Shown here one piece after another: positions 19,579 to 30,100 of a stretch of DNA of 64,000 nucleotides. The DNA is from Candidatus Thorarchaeota archaeon. GTDB lineage: Archaea > Asgardarchaeota > Thorarchaeia > Thorarchaeales > Thorarchaeaceae. The notes beneath the pieces were generated by a model that saw nothing but the letters and a program-made list of their open reading frames with translations, ran no database searches and was not told the origin of the DNA. Made by a program: the position numbers and the translations under genes. Location of the stretch: assembly GCA_963726195.1 (NCBI GenBank), contig CAVSBO010000005.1, positions 128,001 through 192,000 on the forward strand, given 5' to 3'. The number at the start of each line of letters is the position of its first letter. The first letter of the stretch is position 1.

Positions 19579-20514
19579 ATGACTACTATCGAGGCTACTG
19601 CGGAGACTTTCTGTGAAGACAAAGTTGTCAGCGGCAAAAAGCTGGCAGCACAGATAGAAGACGAAATCGCACGCGAGGTCACTCGTTATACCGAGATGTA
19701 TCAACTCCCCCCCAAACTTGTCACCATCCAAGTTGGCGAAGACCCCGGCTCAACAATGTACGTTCGCATGAAGCACAAGGCATGCCAACGTGTCGGTATC
19801 GCTTCGGGGCAGTTCAACCTCCCCGAGAATAGTACGGAGGAGGATTTGATTGAGGTCATACGCTCTCTGAACCGTGACACGACGGTCCATGGTATACTGG
19901 TTCAACTTCCTCTGCCCAAGCACATGAGCGAGGAACGAATTATCAGCGCAATCGAGCCCACGAAGGATGTGGATGGGTTCTCACCAACAAACATCTACCG
20001 TCTCTTCTATGGCAGTGAGCTGCTCAGTGCTGCCACTCCCCAAGGCATCGTGACGATTCTTGATCATCTCTGCAGTTCACTACAGGGGAAGCACGCCGTG
20101 GTTGTTAACAGGTCGACGATTGTTGGAAAGCCCCTGATACTGATGTTACTGAACCGTGATCTTACTGTGACAGTCTGTCACTCGAAGACGATAGATCTCC
20201 CCTCGTTCACAAGGCAAGCTGACATTCTCATAACCGCTATCGGTCGTCGCAAGTCGAAAGAGGACGCGTACTTGATTACTGCCGACATGGTGAAGGAGGG
20301 CGCGATTGTGATTGATGTGGCTACTCCAAATGGCGATTGCGATTTCGAGGCCATGAAAGACAAGGTGTCGTTCATAACGCCCGTTCCCGGGGGCGTGGGT
20401 CCCATGACCATTACGATGCTGCTGAAGAACGTCCTTTCAGCCTACGCATACGAAAGGGCGGCAACGAATGTCTTGACTAGTGACGCAATCGACTTGGGAA
20501 CGTACGCCAGCTAA
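19579..20514 (+). CDS. folD: Bifunctional methylene-THF dehydrogenase/cyclohydrolase
   Basis: YVRMK (YxxxK), HGILVQLPLP, KDVDG, RSTIVGKP, TVCHSKT and TPVPGGVGPMT motifs. Confidence 0.95.
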   Translation: MTTIEATAETFCEDKVVSGKKLAAQIEDEIAREVTRYTEMYQLPPKLVTIQVGEDPGSTMYVRMKHKACQRVGIASGQFNLPENSTEEDLIEVIRSLNRDTTVHGILVQLPLPKHMSEERIISAIEPTKDVDGFSPTNIYRLFYGSELLSAATPQGIVTILDHLCSSLQGKHAVVVNRSTIVGKPLILMLLNRDLTVTVCHSKTIDLPSFTRQADILITAIGRRKSKEDAYLITADMVKEGAIVIDVATPNGDCDFEAMKDKVSFITPVPGGVGPMTITMLLKNVLSAYAYERAATNVLTSDAIDLGTYAS

Positions 20515-20578
20515 GTCATCAGTACTTCGCAGGAGCCTGCCCAAACCTTTTTTGCCGGTTTCCCCAGCCTCCGCATCG

Positions 20579-22162
20579 GTGACAATCGCGAAGATTGTAG
20601 AGTGCGTGCCAAACTTTAGTGAAGGCAGACGAAAGGAGATTATCGACGCTCTGGCTGAAGCGATGCGCAGTGTCGAGGGCGTAAGGCTTCTGGATGTTGA
20701 GTACGACCAGGACCACAATCGGTCCGTCTACACTCTGATCGGCGAGCCGCAGAAAGTCAAGCAAGCTGTCTTGAAAGCATCGCAGCTTGCAGTTCAGAAG
20801 ATAGATCTCAACAAGCACAAGGGTGCCCATCCGAGAATGGGAGCGGTCGACGTTGTTCCCTTCATACCGCTTCACGGTGTCACAATTGGGGAATGCATAG
20901 AGCTTTCCAAGGAATTCGCTGAGGAGTTCTCGAAGGCCTGCAATGTTCCGGTGTATTTGTACGCGAAGTCTGCTACGAGACCGGACCGTGTTGACTTGCC
21001 CAATGTCAGAGAAGGCGAGTTCGAGGGACTGAGGAAACTGATTGGCACTGATCCTACGAAAGACCCTGACTATGGACCAAAGAAGATCCATCCGACGGCT
21101 GGTTGTACTGCATCAGGTGCGCGCAACTTCCTAATCGCGTTCAATGCCAACTTGAACACAACAGATCTGAGAGTCGCCAAGGCATGTGCAGATGCAGTCA
21201 AGGCTAGCGCAGGCGGGTTCGTTTATGTCCAAGCAATGGGCCTCGATTTGCCCAAGAAGGGCATGACCCAGATTTCGATGAACCTTACGAATCCACGACT
21301 TACGAAGATGCATCAAGCAATAGAGGTAGTGCGCATGGAGGCACGCCGCCACGGTGCTACCGTCGTCGAAACAGAGATTGTCGGAATGGTGCCGCTATTC
21401 GCGCTCATTGATGCACTAAGGTACTACTTCCAAGTTGAGAAGCTTGACGAGTCGATGATTCTCGATCTCTATTATCTGGCCGGGGCTGAGGAACCGACCA
21501 AGAAGACCTTCACAGAGATGTCGCTCATAGAATTCGGTGACGAAGTCAGACGTGCAAGCGCGACCCCGGGCGGGGGCAGTGTTGCAGCCGTGATGGGGTC
21601 CTATGGAGCGGGTCTCGTTTGCATGGTAAGTGGCCTATCATTATCAGGTCGCAAGTTTGCAGCCGTTCACGACGAGATGATTGACCTAAGACACGCTGCA
21701 GAAACGGAGCGCGGGGTACTGATGGATCTCGTAGAAAAGGATTCGGCCGCGTTCGAGGATGTCTTGTCTGCCTTCAGGCTCCCTGAAACAACTGAAGCAG
21801 ACAAGAAGACAAAGGCTGACAAGGTCGAGGCAGCTACAAAGCACGCCTCGGAGATACCACTGCAGACCATGCAGCATTCATTCAAGGCTCTTGAACGTGC
21901 GAAGGTAGTTGCAGAGAAAGGGAATGCAAATGCGATCACCGATGCTGGTGTCGCGGCCATCGCTCTCTCTGGAGCCATAGAGGGTGCGGCACTAAACGTG
22001 CGCATAAATCTTGGAAACATCCACGACAAGGCGTTCGTAAAGAAGATGAGCGATGAGGTCGAGAGACTGACGACAGATGGTCGAGAGCTCAAGGAAGAGA
22101 TACTTGAGATAGTGACTACTCGAATGAAGGAACTGTCATCTCAACAAGCCCCTACTTCCTAG
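20579..22162 (+). CDS. ftcd: Bifunctional glutamate formiminotransferase / formimino-THF cyclodeaminase
   Basis: IVECVPNFSEGR, DHNRSV and HKGAHPRMGAVDVVPF in the N-terminal domain; TPGGGS, D...AF and NVRINL in the cyclodeaminase domain. Confidence 0.93.
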   Translation: MTIAKIVECVPNFSEGRRKEIIDALAEAMRSVEGVRLLDVEYDQDHNRSVYTLIGEPQKVKQAVLKASQLAVQKIDLNKHKGAHPRMGAVDVVPFIPLHGVTIGECIELSKEFAEEFSKACNVPVYLYAKSATRPDRVDLPNVREGEFEGLRKLIGTDPTKDPDYGPKKIHPTAGCTASGARNFLIAFNANLNTTDLRVAKACADAVKASAGGFVYVQAMGLDLPKKGMTQISMNLTNPRLTKMHQAIEVVRMEARRHGATVVETEIVGMVPLFALIDALRYYFQVEKLDESMILDLYYLAGAEEPTKKTFTEMSLIEFGDEVRRASATPGGGSVAAVMGSYGAGLVCMVSGLSLSGRKFAAVHDEMIDLRHAAETERGVLMDLVEKDSAAFEDVLSAFRLPETTEADKKTKADKVEAATKHASEIPLQTMQHSFKALERAKVVAEKGNANAITDAGVAAIALSGAIEGAALNVRINLGNIHDKAFVKKMSDEVERLTTDGRELKEEILEIVTTRMKELSSQQAPTS

Positions 22163-22218
22163 TGGTCATCACTGTGGCTGACCGGCCAGTCCTTATTTAC
22201 TAGGATGTTCCACGTGCC

Positions 22219-23316
22219 CTACTTAGGACCTAGTGCAAGCTTGATTGCTGTCTCGAAGTCTTCAGGAGTGACTCCCGGCGAATCGATTCCCACGTCTTCG
22301 TAAGCTTTCCTCAATCGGTCAATGATGTCGTTGCCAGTCGTTCTGGCTCCCAGCAGCGCATGCTCAATAGCTGCAATCGAACCAGAAGGCACTAGGAAGA
22401 AATCGCCGCTGACAACTATGTCTCGAATCGTTTCTTCGGTTTCTTCGACTGTCACCCTAATCAGACCTCCGGGCGCCTTGTGGTTCGCGGTCCCGACAGC
22501 GGATGTTGCTGATATCTTCACAGTCGTTGCGTCCGCTAAGGCTCTGTCGCCATGCCAGTGTAGCCACTCATCGGACAAGTACTTGGACCGCAGCTTGGCC
22601 ATCCGTTTCTTCTCCCATGCTGACAGACTACCCTTTTTCAGCTCGATGCCAAGTGTTGCCTCATAGAGCCGCAAGAGGTCTTTCTTAACTTCGTTCCTGT
22701 CAGGCAAGCTGCCCTTTTCAAGAAGGATCGTCGTGAGCCTTTCTCTGAGGCTCTTGGCTACCTTGTCCCGGAACTTCTCGTCGGGAACTTTGAGAACCCT
22801 TACCATCATATCGAAATTGAAATCGAAGATTAGGTTGCCCGTTAGAATTCTCGCGTCACCGACATCGCCTGCTCCATTGCCCGAGATCTTCTTCCCGCCC
22901 ACCTGAATGTCATTGACGGGTTTGTACTCGGCGTCAATGCCCAAGTTTCTATAGGCCTGCACAGGAGCTATAAGGAACTTGCGATAGTACGCATCAATAC
23001 TTCTTGGGGTTGTGGGACTGTCTATCCTGCCAATGAGCTGATAGAACATCTGTCCATCATCGAGATAGACCCCGCCTCCACCAATCACTCTACGTGTCAC
23101 AGTGATTTTGTTCGAGTGGCAGAATGCCAAGTCCACATCCTTGTCCGCCTCTTGGAAATACCCCAGACAAACGATAGGCTTCGCCGGCCAGCATATGATA
23201 AGAGTGTTGTCGGCTTTCTTCTCAGTAATCGCTTGAGCGACAACGTCGTATATGATCTGGGTATCTAATGGATCCAGAGGGCCGAGATCCAGCATTCTCC
23301 ACTCTTCTAGGGCCAT
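22219..23316 (-). CDS. lplA: Lipoate-protein ligase with fused C-terminal accessory domain
   Basis: RRVIGGGGVYLD, NDI and KKISGNG motifs; C-terminal KAPGGLIRV...SGDFF. Confidence 0.85.
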   Translation of the reverse strand: MALEEWRMLDLGPLDPLDTQIIYDVVAQAITEKKADNTLIICWPAKPIVCLGYFQEADKDVDLAFCHSNKITVTRRVIGGGGVYLDDGQMFYQLIGRIDSPTTPRSIDAYYRKFLIAPVQAYRNLGIDAEYKPVNDIQVGGKKISGNGAGDVGDARILTGNLIFDFNFDMMVRVLKVPDEKFRDKVAKSLRERLTTILLEKGSLPDRNEVKKDLLRLYEATLGIELKKGSLSAWEKKRMAKLRSKYLSDEWLHWHGDRALADATTVKISATSAVGTANHKAPGGLIRVTVEETEETIRDIVVSGDFFLVPSGSIAAIEHALLGARTTGNDIIDRLRKAYEDVGIDSPGVTPEDFETAIKLALGPK

Positions 23317-23393
23317 AGGTCACGCTGAAAAACAGGGGCTAATAATCCCAACGTCTGAGGAAACTCTCTCTCTTATGCTAACCATTAAAAGCT

Positions 23394-24194
23394 GTGTCAT
23401 TTGAGTCAGGCACGATTGAGATGATTGAGGCAGTCGGTCTGACCAAGACATTCAGTGAGTTCACAGCTGTGAAAGACCTGTCATTCAAGGTTGAAACTGG
23501 GGAAATCTACGGCCTCTTGGGTCCGAACGGCTCAGGAAAATCGACCACGATGAAGATGCTTCTCGGCTTGTTGAGACCCACATCCGGCACTGCACTCATA
23601 GCTGACCACGACATCACAAAGGAGATTGTCGCTGCGAAGCGTATCATGGGCTACGTTCCTGAAGAGCCGGTCTTACCAGAGCGACTGACTGGCTGGGAAT
23701 ATGTGAACTATGTCGCCGACATTTGGCGTATGCCGCGCGGCTCTCAACGCCAGCAGGATATAGAGGAATTGCTGGCGCTGCTTGACATTCGTGATGCCAG
23801 CAACGATCTCATTGAGACATACTCAAAGGGCATGGCACGCAAGATTAGCCTTGTTGCGGCTTTGGTCCATAGACCCAGGATTCTCATCCTTGATGAATTG
23901 CAGGCGGGAATAGACCCGAGAGGTGCCGCAACGATAAAGGAGATTCTGAATGGACTTCGGTCTCAGGGTGCGACCATTCTGATGAGCACACACATACTTG
24001 AGATTGCCGAGCAGATGTGTAATCGTATCGGCATAATAAGGGATGGGAGCATGATAGCCGAAGGAACAATGGACGAGCTCCGGATGATGGCCAGGGGTCA
24101 GAGCAGCTTGGAGGAGATATTCCTAAGCCTGACCGGTGGACCCGATATGCAACTGATTACACAGTATCTGAAAGGATCCGGTGACTCAACTTGA
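23394..24194 (+). CDS. ABC-2 type exporter ATP-binding protein
   Basis: GPNGSGKST, YSKGM signature, LILDE and STH motifs. Confidence 0.92.
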   Translation: MSFESGTIEMIEAVGLTKTFSEFTAVKDLSFKVETGEIYGLLGPNGSGKSTTMKMLLGLLRPTSGTALIADHDITKEIVAAKRIMGYVPEEPVLPERLTGWEYVNYVADIWRMPRGSQRQQDIEELLALLDIRDASNDLIETYSKGMARKISLVAALVHRPRILILDELQAGIDPRGAATIKEILNGLRSQGATILMSTHILEIAEQMCNRIGIIRDGSMIAEGTMDELRMMARGQSSLEEIFLSLTGGPDMQLITQYLKGSGDST

Positions 24195-25900
24195 CATCGG
24201 ATCTACTGGTATTGCTGAGACAGGACTTGAAACAGAACTTCCGTCTCTCGTCAGTCAAGGGTAGTCGCAGTGAGAAGAGGAGTTCCTTTAGGCGCATGCT
24301 CCCTGTCATTGCTCTTGTGACGGTCGCGGCGGCAATCATCTACGTTATCGCCCTTGCAGGTCCGCTCATATGGACGTATGTCGAAGGAGCTGTCATAAGC
24401 GATCCCGGTCTTGGAGCCACAATTTTCAATGCGATTGCTTTGTTTGCCTTCTTGAGCTCAATGATGGTATCCGCGACCACGGTTGGAAATAGCTCTAAGA
24501 TGGAATACCTACTTGTGATGCCTGTTTCAATGCGTACAATATTCCTTGAGAAGACAGTCTTGGTCATCTTCTCCAATTGCATCTTATGGCTAACAATAGG
24601 GGTGCCCATCTTTGTGGGCTTCTCGTTCGTGTCGACAGCAAGGTTCGCCTTGCTCTCAGCGCCGGTGTTCGTCGGGCTGGCGCTGATGCTAGTCTGTTTG
24701 GGGGTGTCCTTGGGAGGTCTGGTTGGTCTCGTCTTCACGCGGTTGTTGGCTGGCAGGCGGGCACTCAAGCAGGTTGGATATTTCGTGCTATCTGGTGGGG
24801 CGATAATCTTCAGTGCCTTTTGGTACTACTCCATCTATTTCGGGGATTCAGGCGTACCCCTCTTCGGATGGCTAGTGACCTTTGCTAGGAATATTGGCTT
24901 CTCGTCAGGTATCAGTCCAGGCTATGCTGCCAGCGTGATTTCGTTGGGGCTTCTTGTTGGCCTTCCGTTCCGGGTTCAGGATTTGTTGCTCGCGCTCGTT
25001 TTCGTGTTGATTTCTTTGGTCCTGCTCGATGCCAACTCGATTCTGAGCGAAAGAGCGCATTACAGCGGTTGGTTGGCCATCGGGTCTAAAAGAAGCTCAA
25101 AGAAGTTCATCCCGATTGTTCACGCTCCGTGGACTCCGAAGTCAATCCCGCTAGTGAGGTCCAACACTACTATCAGCGTATCCATTTGGTACAACATCAC
25201 ATCGATACGTCGGGAAGCGCGTGTATTCTCTCAATACCTGCTCGGCCCTATCAGATTGGTCATATGGATTCTTCTCCCAGCGTTTGCAGTTGGCCAAGAG
25301 ACGACGGTCTTTACCCCATACTTGCTTGTTCTTGCCCTGATTCCTTTCGCTACCCAGTATGGCCTGTATTTTGCGGGATATGAGATCGTTTACGAAGGCA
25401 AGAATCTGATGAACCTGCAACTGGCTGCTGCAAACATGGAGGATTATGTCAAGGGCAAGGTATACAGTGCTGTACCCTTCACCCTTGCAGCCAGCATCGT
25501 ATTCTCGGTTGTGATTGCTTTTCTTTCGCCACCGATGCTCATCTATCTGCCTGCAATCGTAATCAGTGCTCTCTTCCTCACTCTCGCATCTGGTGCGGTC
25601 GCGGCGAATGCCGCCGCCATAGGAGGCGATTTCAAAGCAGCACGGATGATACTCAGACAGAGGGGTTCGGCCGTTCAGATGCCGATCAGGGGATGGTCAA
25701 TGGTGCGAGCTGGACTCTTGCCCTATATTCTTGGGTATGGCGGCGTGTTCTTGATGTTGGCGTTAGGGACGTTCTTCAATCCTTTGTACTCTTACTTGGC
25801 GCTTCCTGTGTTCTCGGTCGTCTGTCTGCAGGTCCTGAGGTCATATGCACATGGGGCTGGAGTGAAGCTGGCACAGATTGAGGCGACGAAGTACCTGTGA
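24191..25900 (+). CDS. ABC exporter permease (about 12-14 TM)
   Basis: Many hydrophobic helices; TTGA start/stop overlap with the ATPase gene. Confidence 0.8.
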   Translation: MTSDLLVLLRQDLKQNFRLSSVKGSRSEKRSSFRRMLPVIALVTVAAAIIYVIALAGPLIWTYVEGAVISDPGLGATIFNAIALFAFLSSMMVSATTVGNSSKMEYLLVMPVSMRTIFLEKTVLVIFSNCILWLTIGVPIFVGFSFVSTARFALLSAPVFVGLALMLVCLGVSLGGLVGLVFTRLLAGRRALKQVGYFVLSGGAIIFSAFWYYSIYFGDSGVPLFGWLVTFARNIGFSSGISPGYAASVISLGLLVGLPFRVQDLLLALVFVLISLVLLDANSILSERAHYSGWLAIGSKRSSKKFIPIVHAPWTPKSIPLVRSNTTISVSIWYNITSIRREARVFSQYLLGPIRLVIWILLPAFAVGQETTVFTPYLLVLALIPFATQYGLYFAGYEIVYEGKNLMNLQLAAANMEDYVKGKVYSAVPFTLAASIVFSVVIAFLSPPMLIYLPAIVISALFLTLASGAVAANAAAIGGDFKAARMILRQRGSAVQMPIRGWSMVRAGLLPYILGYGGVFLMLALGTFFNPLYSYLALPVFSVVCLQVLRSYAHGAGVKLAQIEATKYL

Positions 25901-25928
25901 ATCATGAGTACATGCAAGCTTCTTCAAT

Positions 25929-26648
25929 CTAGGGCGAGAGCTTCTTGATGACCTTGCCGAGAGGCACTGTGATGTCAACGTCGAAGTAAAGTCCCATCAT
26001 TACATTCTCTACCTCAATCATACTCAGGTCATCCTGTGGCCCACTATTGACTTCGATTTCGGGGGTACCTGAACGCCCCTTCTTGACATCGTAGGTGAGG
26101 TGCGCTGACGTGATTGTCGCGACATCGGAGCCTTTCCCGTCGACGCTCGGTATCATCTTGATATTCACATTCGGGCCACTCTCGATCCACTCGCCTTCAT
26201 CTGTTAGGGTACAGGTGGCCTTCAGCAGGGTTTTTCCTCCCCGGGCCGTCGTGGCAACAACCTTGTCGCCGCGAACATCGAGTGAAATCTTGGCGAGTTT
26301 GCGCGGGTATCCCCAAATCTCTCGGCCGGCTGCAATAGCAACGTCTGTATCTGCATATTCGAATGGGAAGTACACGCCGACCTCCTCCTGCTTAGTTTCA
26401 GGATTGTCAAACACACACTGAACAAGGACGCCCGACTCCATGAAGGTTCCCGCTTCTTTGCACGGCTGTTGCGCAAACATCAGGCCCGCAAGCTTCAGGT
26501 CTGAGGGCCGCAGCTCGGGGGGTAACAGTTTCTTGAGGCAACTATCTGTCGGGTTGAAGAGTGCCAGAAACAGCTTGGACCCAACGTAGTGATATGGTGG
26601 CTTCGGGTATACCGGACTCAGAAGCGGAGTACTGTACTTACGACTCAT
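25929..26648 (-). CDS. Acetoacetate decarboxylase family protein
   Basis: YPKPPYHY and AGREIWGYPRKLA (Schiff-base lysine region). Confidence 0.85.
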   Translation of the reverse strand: MSRKYSTPLLSPVYPKPPYHYVGSKLFLALFNPTDSCLKKLLPPELRPSDLKLAGLMFAQQPCKEAGTFMESGVLVQCVFDNPETKQEEVGVYFPFEYADTDVAIAAGREIWGYPRKLAKISLDVRGDKVVATTARGGKTLLKATCTLTDEGEWIESGPNVNIKMIPSVDGKGSDVATITSAHLTYDVKKGRSGTPEIEVNSGPQDDLSMIEVENVMMGLYFDVDITVPLGKVIKKLSP

Positions 26649-26852
26649 GTTCTCACTGCCAAAAGCTCACGTACCGCAGTTATTGAATCTGCCGAGAACT
26701 CTCTCCGGCAGACTACTCACTTGGCACGATGTTCTAGTGAATGACCTGCCTTTGAACAAGAAGGCTCTTGGTGAGCGGGCCCATGGTCGGGCTCGGATTC
26801 TCATGCCACCGGAGGACGACATTGAAGCCCGCGCACTCAAGAGACTAGCCGC

Positions 26853-27735
26853 TCAAAGCTTTGCAGCCTTGAAGATCAGTGGCCACACGAAGGCGCCTAC
26901 GATTGCCACGAGTGCATACCGCAACGCTCTCAGCCAAATCTGAGCCGTCGGTAGAAATGGCGCTAAGCCTACCATCGTCGCAATCACAAGGACGAGTCCT
27001 ATGACAACTCGCAGGACCAGCCTCCATTTCTGGCCACCTACGGGCTCGACAGTGAAGTTCACGAACTTGTTCTCGAGGAGCAACCCGATGGCGATGCCCA
27101 TGGTTAACCCGCCAAGAGCACCGAAGTTGTCCAGTGGGGGCTGCGGCAGAAGATAGGCGCTGATGAGTGTTGCACCAAAACCGAACAGAAACAGGGCCAG
27201 ATACAGATACCCGACCTTGTATCGCGATAGAGCCTTAGACAGTGGTCTCTCTGCCAATAGCAGCACGACAAGGAGACACAGACCCAGTGCCCATCCCAAC
27301 AAGACATCAGCTGAGGTAATGCACACCAAGATAGACTCGCGATATCCCGATCAATACAGTCATCACAATGGCCACGACATACATCCACCATCTCTTTGCC
27401 TTGACCGCCAGCCAGCCAAACAGCATTGCCGAGTTCTGAGCGTGTCCACTTGGGGTGCTGTAGTTTGAGGCATCCGCTCCTGGCCACCAATACATGGCCG
27501 GGGGTCTCGGGTTTGCTATAGCCAGTTTAATCCAGTAATTAGAGAGAACCGAGACCAGAAGGACCCACACAACAAGGATTGAATCTTTCTTCTTGTAGGC
27601 CCAAAAGCCTGTCAGCACAAGCGCGACATAGAAGATGTCAGAACCTAACTCCGTGATTAGGGCGAAGAGCAGTCCTGCCCACGGCATTAGAGTTCGGAGC
27701 CACGTCGTTATTGAAGGATCAAATAGGGACGACAT
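26853..27735 (-). CDS. PAP2-family membrane phosphatase; frameshift near 27312
   Basis: KLAIANPRP (C1), PSGH (C2) and SRVYLGVHY (C3); the frame shifts right after HYL and continues ADVLLGW in ORF 26853-27329. Confidence 0.85.
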
Positions 27736-27879
27736 ATCTCTCTCCTCAAGTCTCAGACATGCACTAGGTCTCTAGAAAAACCTGCTTGTTTCCTGACCGG
27801 AAATAGGTGTCACTTCTTGGGGACAGGTTTAAGGACTCGTCTCCAAGCGGAGTTCTCTGCCTATGTTCTCCTGTTGAGG

Positions 27880-29409
27880 ATGGCAAAGATGGTACTAGAG
27901 AAGCTTGAACCTAGCATTGTATGGCAGATATTCGAAACACTCCTTACCCGCACACCTAGAGAGTCAAAGAGAGAGGCAAAGATACGGGCGACCATCAAGA
28001 AGTGGGCTGCAGACCAGTCGAAGGCGGCATCGGTGCCTTATGGCACGCTCGAAGACTCAGCAGGCAACCTGCTGATTAGAGTGCCTGCGACTCGCGGCAT
28101 GGAATCATGCCCACCAGTTCTGCTTCAAGGACACCTCGACATGGTATGCGAGACCAACCGCCCCGGAGGGTTCGACTTCCAGAACAACCCGATTCCGGTG
28201 CGCATAGACAAGAACGCCGAGTGGGTGAGCGCTGACGGAACTACTCTGGGCGCAGACAACGGGATAGGAGTAGCCCTAGCCCTCGCGCTTCTTGCCGACC
28301 GCAGCAAGGACAATGTGCACGGTCCTCTGGAGATTCTGTTTACGGTAGACGAAGAGACCGGGCTCACAGGTGCATTTGCGTTGGATATGAAGAGCTTCGG
28401 CATCAAGAGCAGAATGATGCTCAATCTCGACTCTGAGAAGATGGGCTACATAACGATTGGCTCTGCTGGAGGGGGAGACTTGGAGTTAACCAAGGAGCTT
28501 TCACAAACGGAGCGGCTTGGGAAGGACAAGCAATTCATGAAGCTGAGTGTATCCGGTCTTCAGGGCGGTCACTCAGGTGTTGACATTCATCTCCCTAGGG
28601 CTAGTGCGAACAAGATCATGGCTCGCCTCCTCTCACTTCTGAGCAGGGAAGTCGGGCTGAGTCTCTGCTATTGGAACGGAGGCACAAAGCACAATGCCAT
28701 AACAAGAGAAGCAGAGGCGAAGTTCGCAGTATCTATTGACAAGGGAGCGCAGGCTGAACAACTCCTTACTGCGGAGAAAGCGGCTCTGCTTGCATACTAC
28801 AGGAACACCGCAGGAAACGCGTCTCCTCTTGAGCCAAACATGAAGATTGATTGGACGAAGTCTGATTCTGCCCCAATCTTCTCTGCAGAGGAATCCTCAC
28901 GAATCTTGTCTACAGCGAGCATTATTCCTCATGGGCCAATCCGGTTTTCGCCTGACGTACCGGGTCTCGTTGAGACTTCCTGTAACTTCGCGATTGTCAA
29001 GACTGAAGGACCGAACATTCTGTTCCATCTGTCGACGCGCAGCAGTGTGGATGCGGAGTTGGAGGCACTGCGCAATTCTCTAGTCGATTTGGCAAAGCTG
29101 GGCGGCTGGAGTGTTGCGAAATTGCCTGCCTATCCCGGGTGGAAGCCAGAGCCCAAGAGCAAATTCCTACAGTTCGTGAAGAGCCACTACGAGTCGGTCT
29201 TGCAGCGCGAGGTGACGATTGAGGCCGTTCACGCTGGCCTAGAATGCGGAATAGTCGGAGCCCGGATTCCGGGGATGCAGATGGTGTCCATTGGGCCTAC
29301 GGTCGAGAATGCTCATTCACCAGATGAGAGGCTTCACATACCGGATGTGGCAATCTTCTACAAACTGTTGAAAGACTTGCTGACTTCGGTGTCCAGTCTG
29401 AAGGCATGA
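27880..29409 (+). CDS. pepD: Aminoacyl-histidine dipeptidase (peptidase M20C)
   Basis: LQGHLDMV, TTLGADNGIG, DEETG, NLDSE, GGHSG, HAGLECG and HSPDE motifs. Confidence 0.93.
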   Translation: MAKMVLEKLEPSIVWQIFETLLTRTPRESKREAKIRATIKKWAADQSKAASVPYGTLEDSAGNLLIRVPATRGMESCPPVLLQGHLDMVCETNRPGGFDFQNNPIPVRIDKNAEWVSADGTTLGADNGIGVALALALLADRSKDNVHGPLEILFTVDEETGLTGAFALDMKSFGIKSRMMLNLDSEKMGYITIGSAGGGDLELTKELSQTERLGKDKQFMKLSVSGLQGGHSGVDIHLPRASANKIMARLLSLLSREVGLSLCYWNGGTKHNAITREAEAKFAVSIDKGAQAEQLLTAEKAALLAYYRNTAGNASPLEPNMKIDWTKSDSAPIFSAEESSRILSTASIIPHGPIRFSPDVPGLVETSCNFAIVKTEGPNILFHLSTRSSVDAELEALRNSLVDLAKLGGWSVAKLPAYPGWKPEPKSKFLQFVKSHYESVLQREVTIEAVHAGLECGIVGARIPGMQMVSIGPTVENAHSPDERLHIPDVAIFYKLLKDLLTSVSSLKA

Positions 29410-29493
29410 TAGGCCATGCAAGTGATGACGAGTTGAGGCTTAGTTGCTCGATGTCGAGATCTCAGTGATTGACCCTTGTTGAGGTAAAGACGA

Positions 29494-30036
29494 ATGAAAT
29501 ATGCAGTGTTCTCTACTGCGATGGGCTACAGCGGGATTGTGTTCGGCGACCATAGGCCCGAGTTGAGGGCCATCAAGATCTATCTTCCTCGTTCTAAATC
29601 CTTGATTGAACAGACAATTGGGTATGAGCATGCCTCCGCAACTGAAATCAAGAAAGACCTACCACAGCTGTGTTCTCTTGTTCGCGATTTCCTTGGAGGC
29701 GATAACCTTGCAATTCCGTTTGAGCTTGTAGACATGTCTGTGTGCTACACATTTCAGCTCAAGGTGCTCAAGGCGGAAAGAGAGATTCCCCGTGGTACCG
29801 TTGCGTCCTATTCTTGGGTGGCCAAGAGGATCGGTTCAAGGGCTGTGCGGGCTGTGGGCAGTGCTCTTGCAAGAAATCCCTTTCCCATCGTTGTACCATG
29901 CCATCGTGCAGTCAGGTCTGACGGTTCTCTCGGCGGCTTTCAGGGAGGGCTGGAGATGAAGAGACGGCTCCTGGAGTTAGAGGGCGTTCAGTTCGACTCA
30001 AGAGGCCGCGTGACAAGTTCTATCCTGGGACCATGA
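29494..30036 (+). CDS. ogt: Methylated-DNA--protein-cysteine methyltransferase
   Basis: RAVGSALARNP and the active-site motif VPCHRAV. Confidence 0.93.
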   Translation: MKYAVFSTAMGYSGIVFGDHRPELRAIKIYLPRSKSLIEQTIGYEHASATEIKKDLPQLCSLVRDFLGGDNLAIPFELVDMSVCYTFQLKVLKAEREIPRGTVASYSWVAKRIGSRAVRAVGSALARNPFPIVVPCHRAVRSDGSLGGFQGGLEMKRRLLELEGVQFDSRGRVTSSILGP

Positions 30037-30100
30037 CTCTCTAGGGCCTATGAAGGTGTCTCGACCCTCGTGCCCTCAAGTGGGTCTTGCGTCGGCGAAA

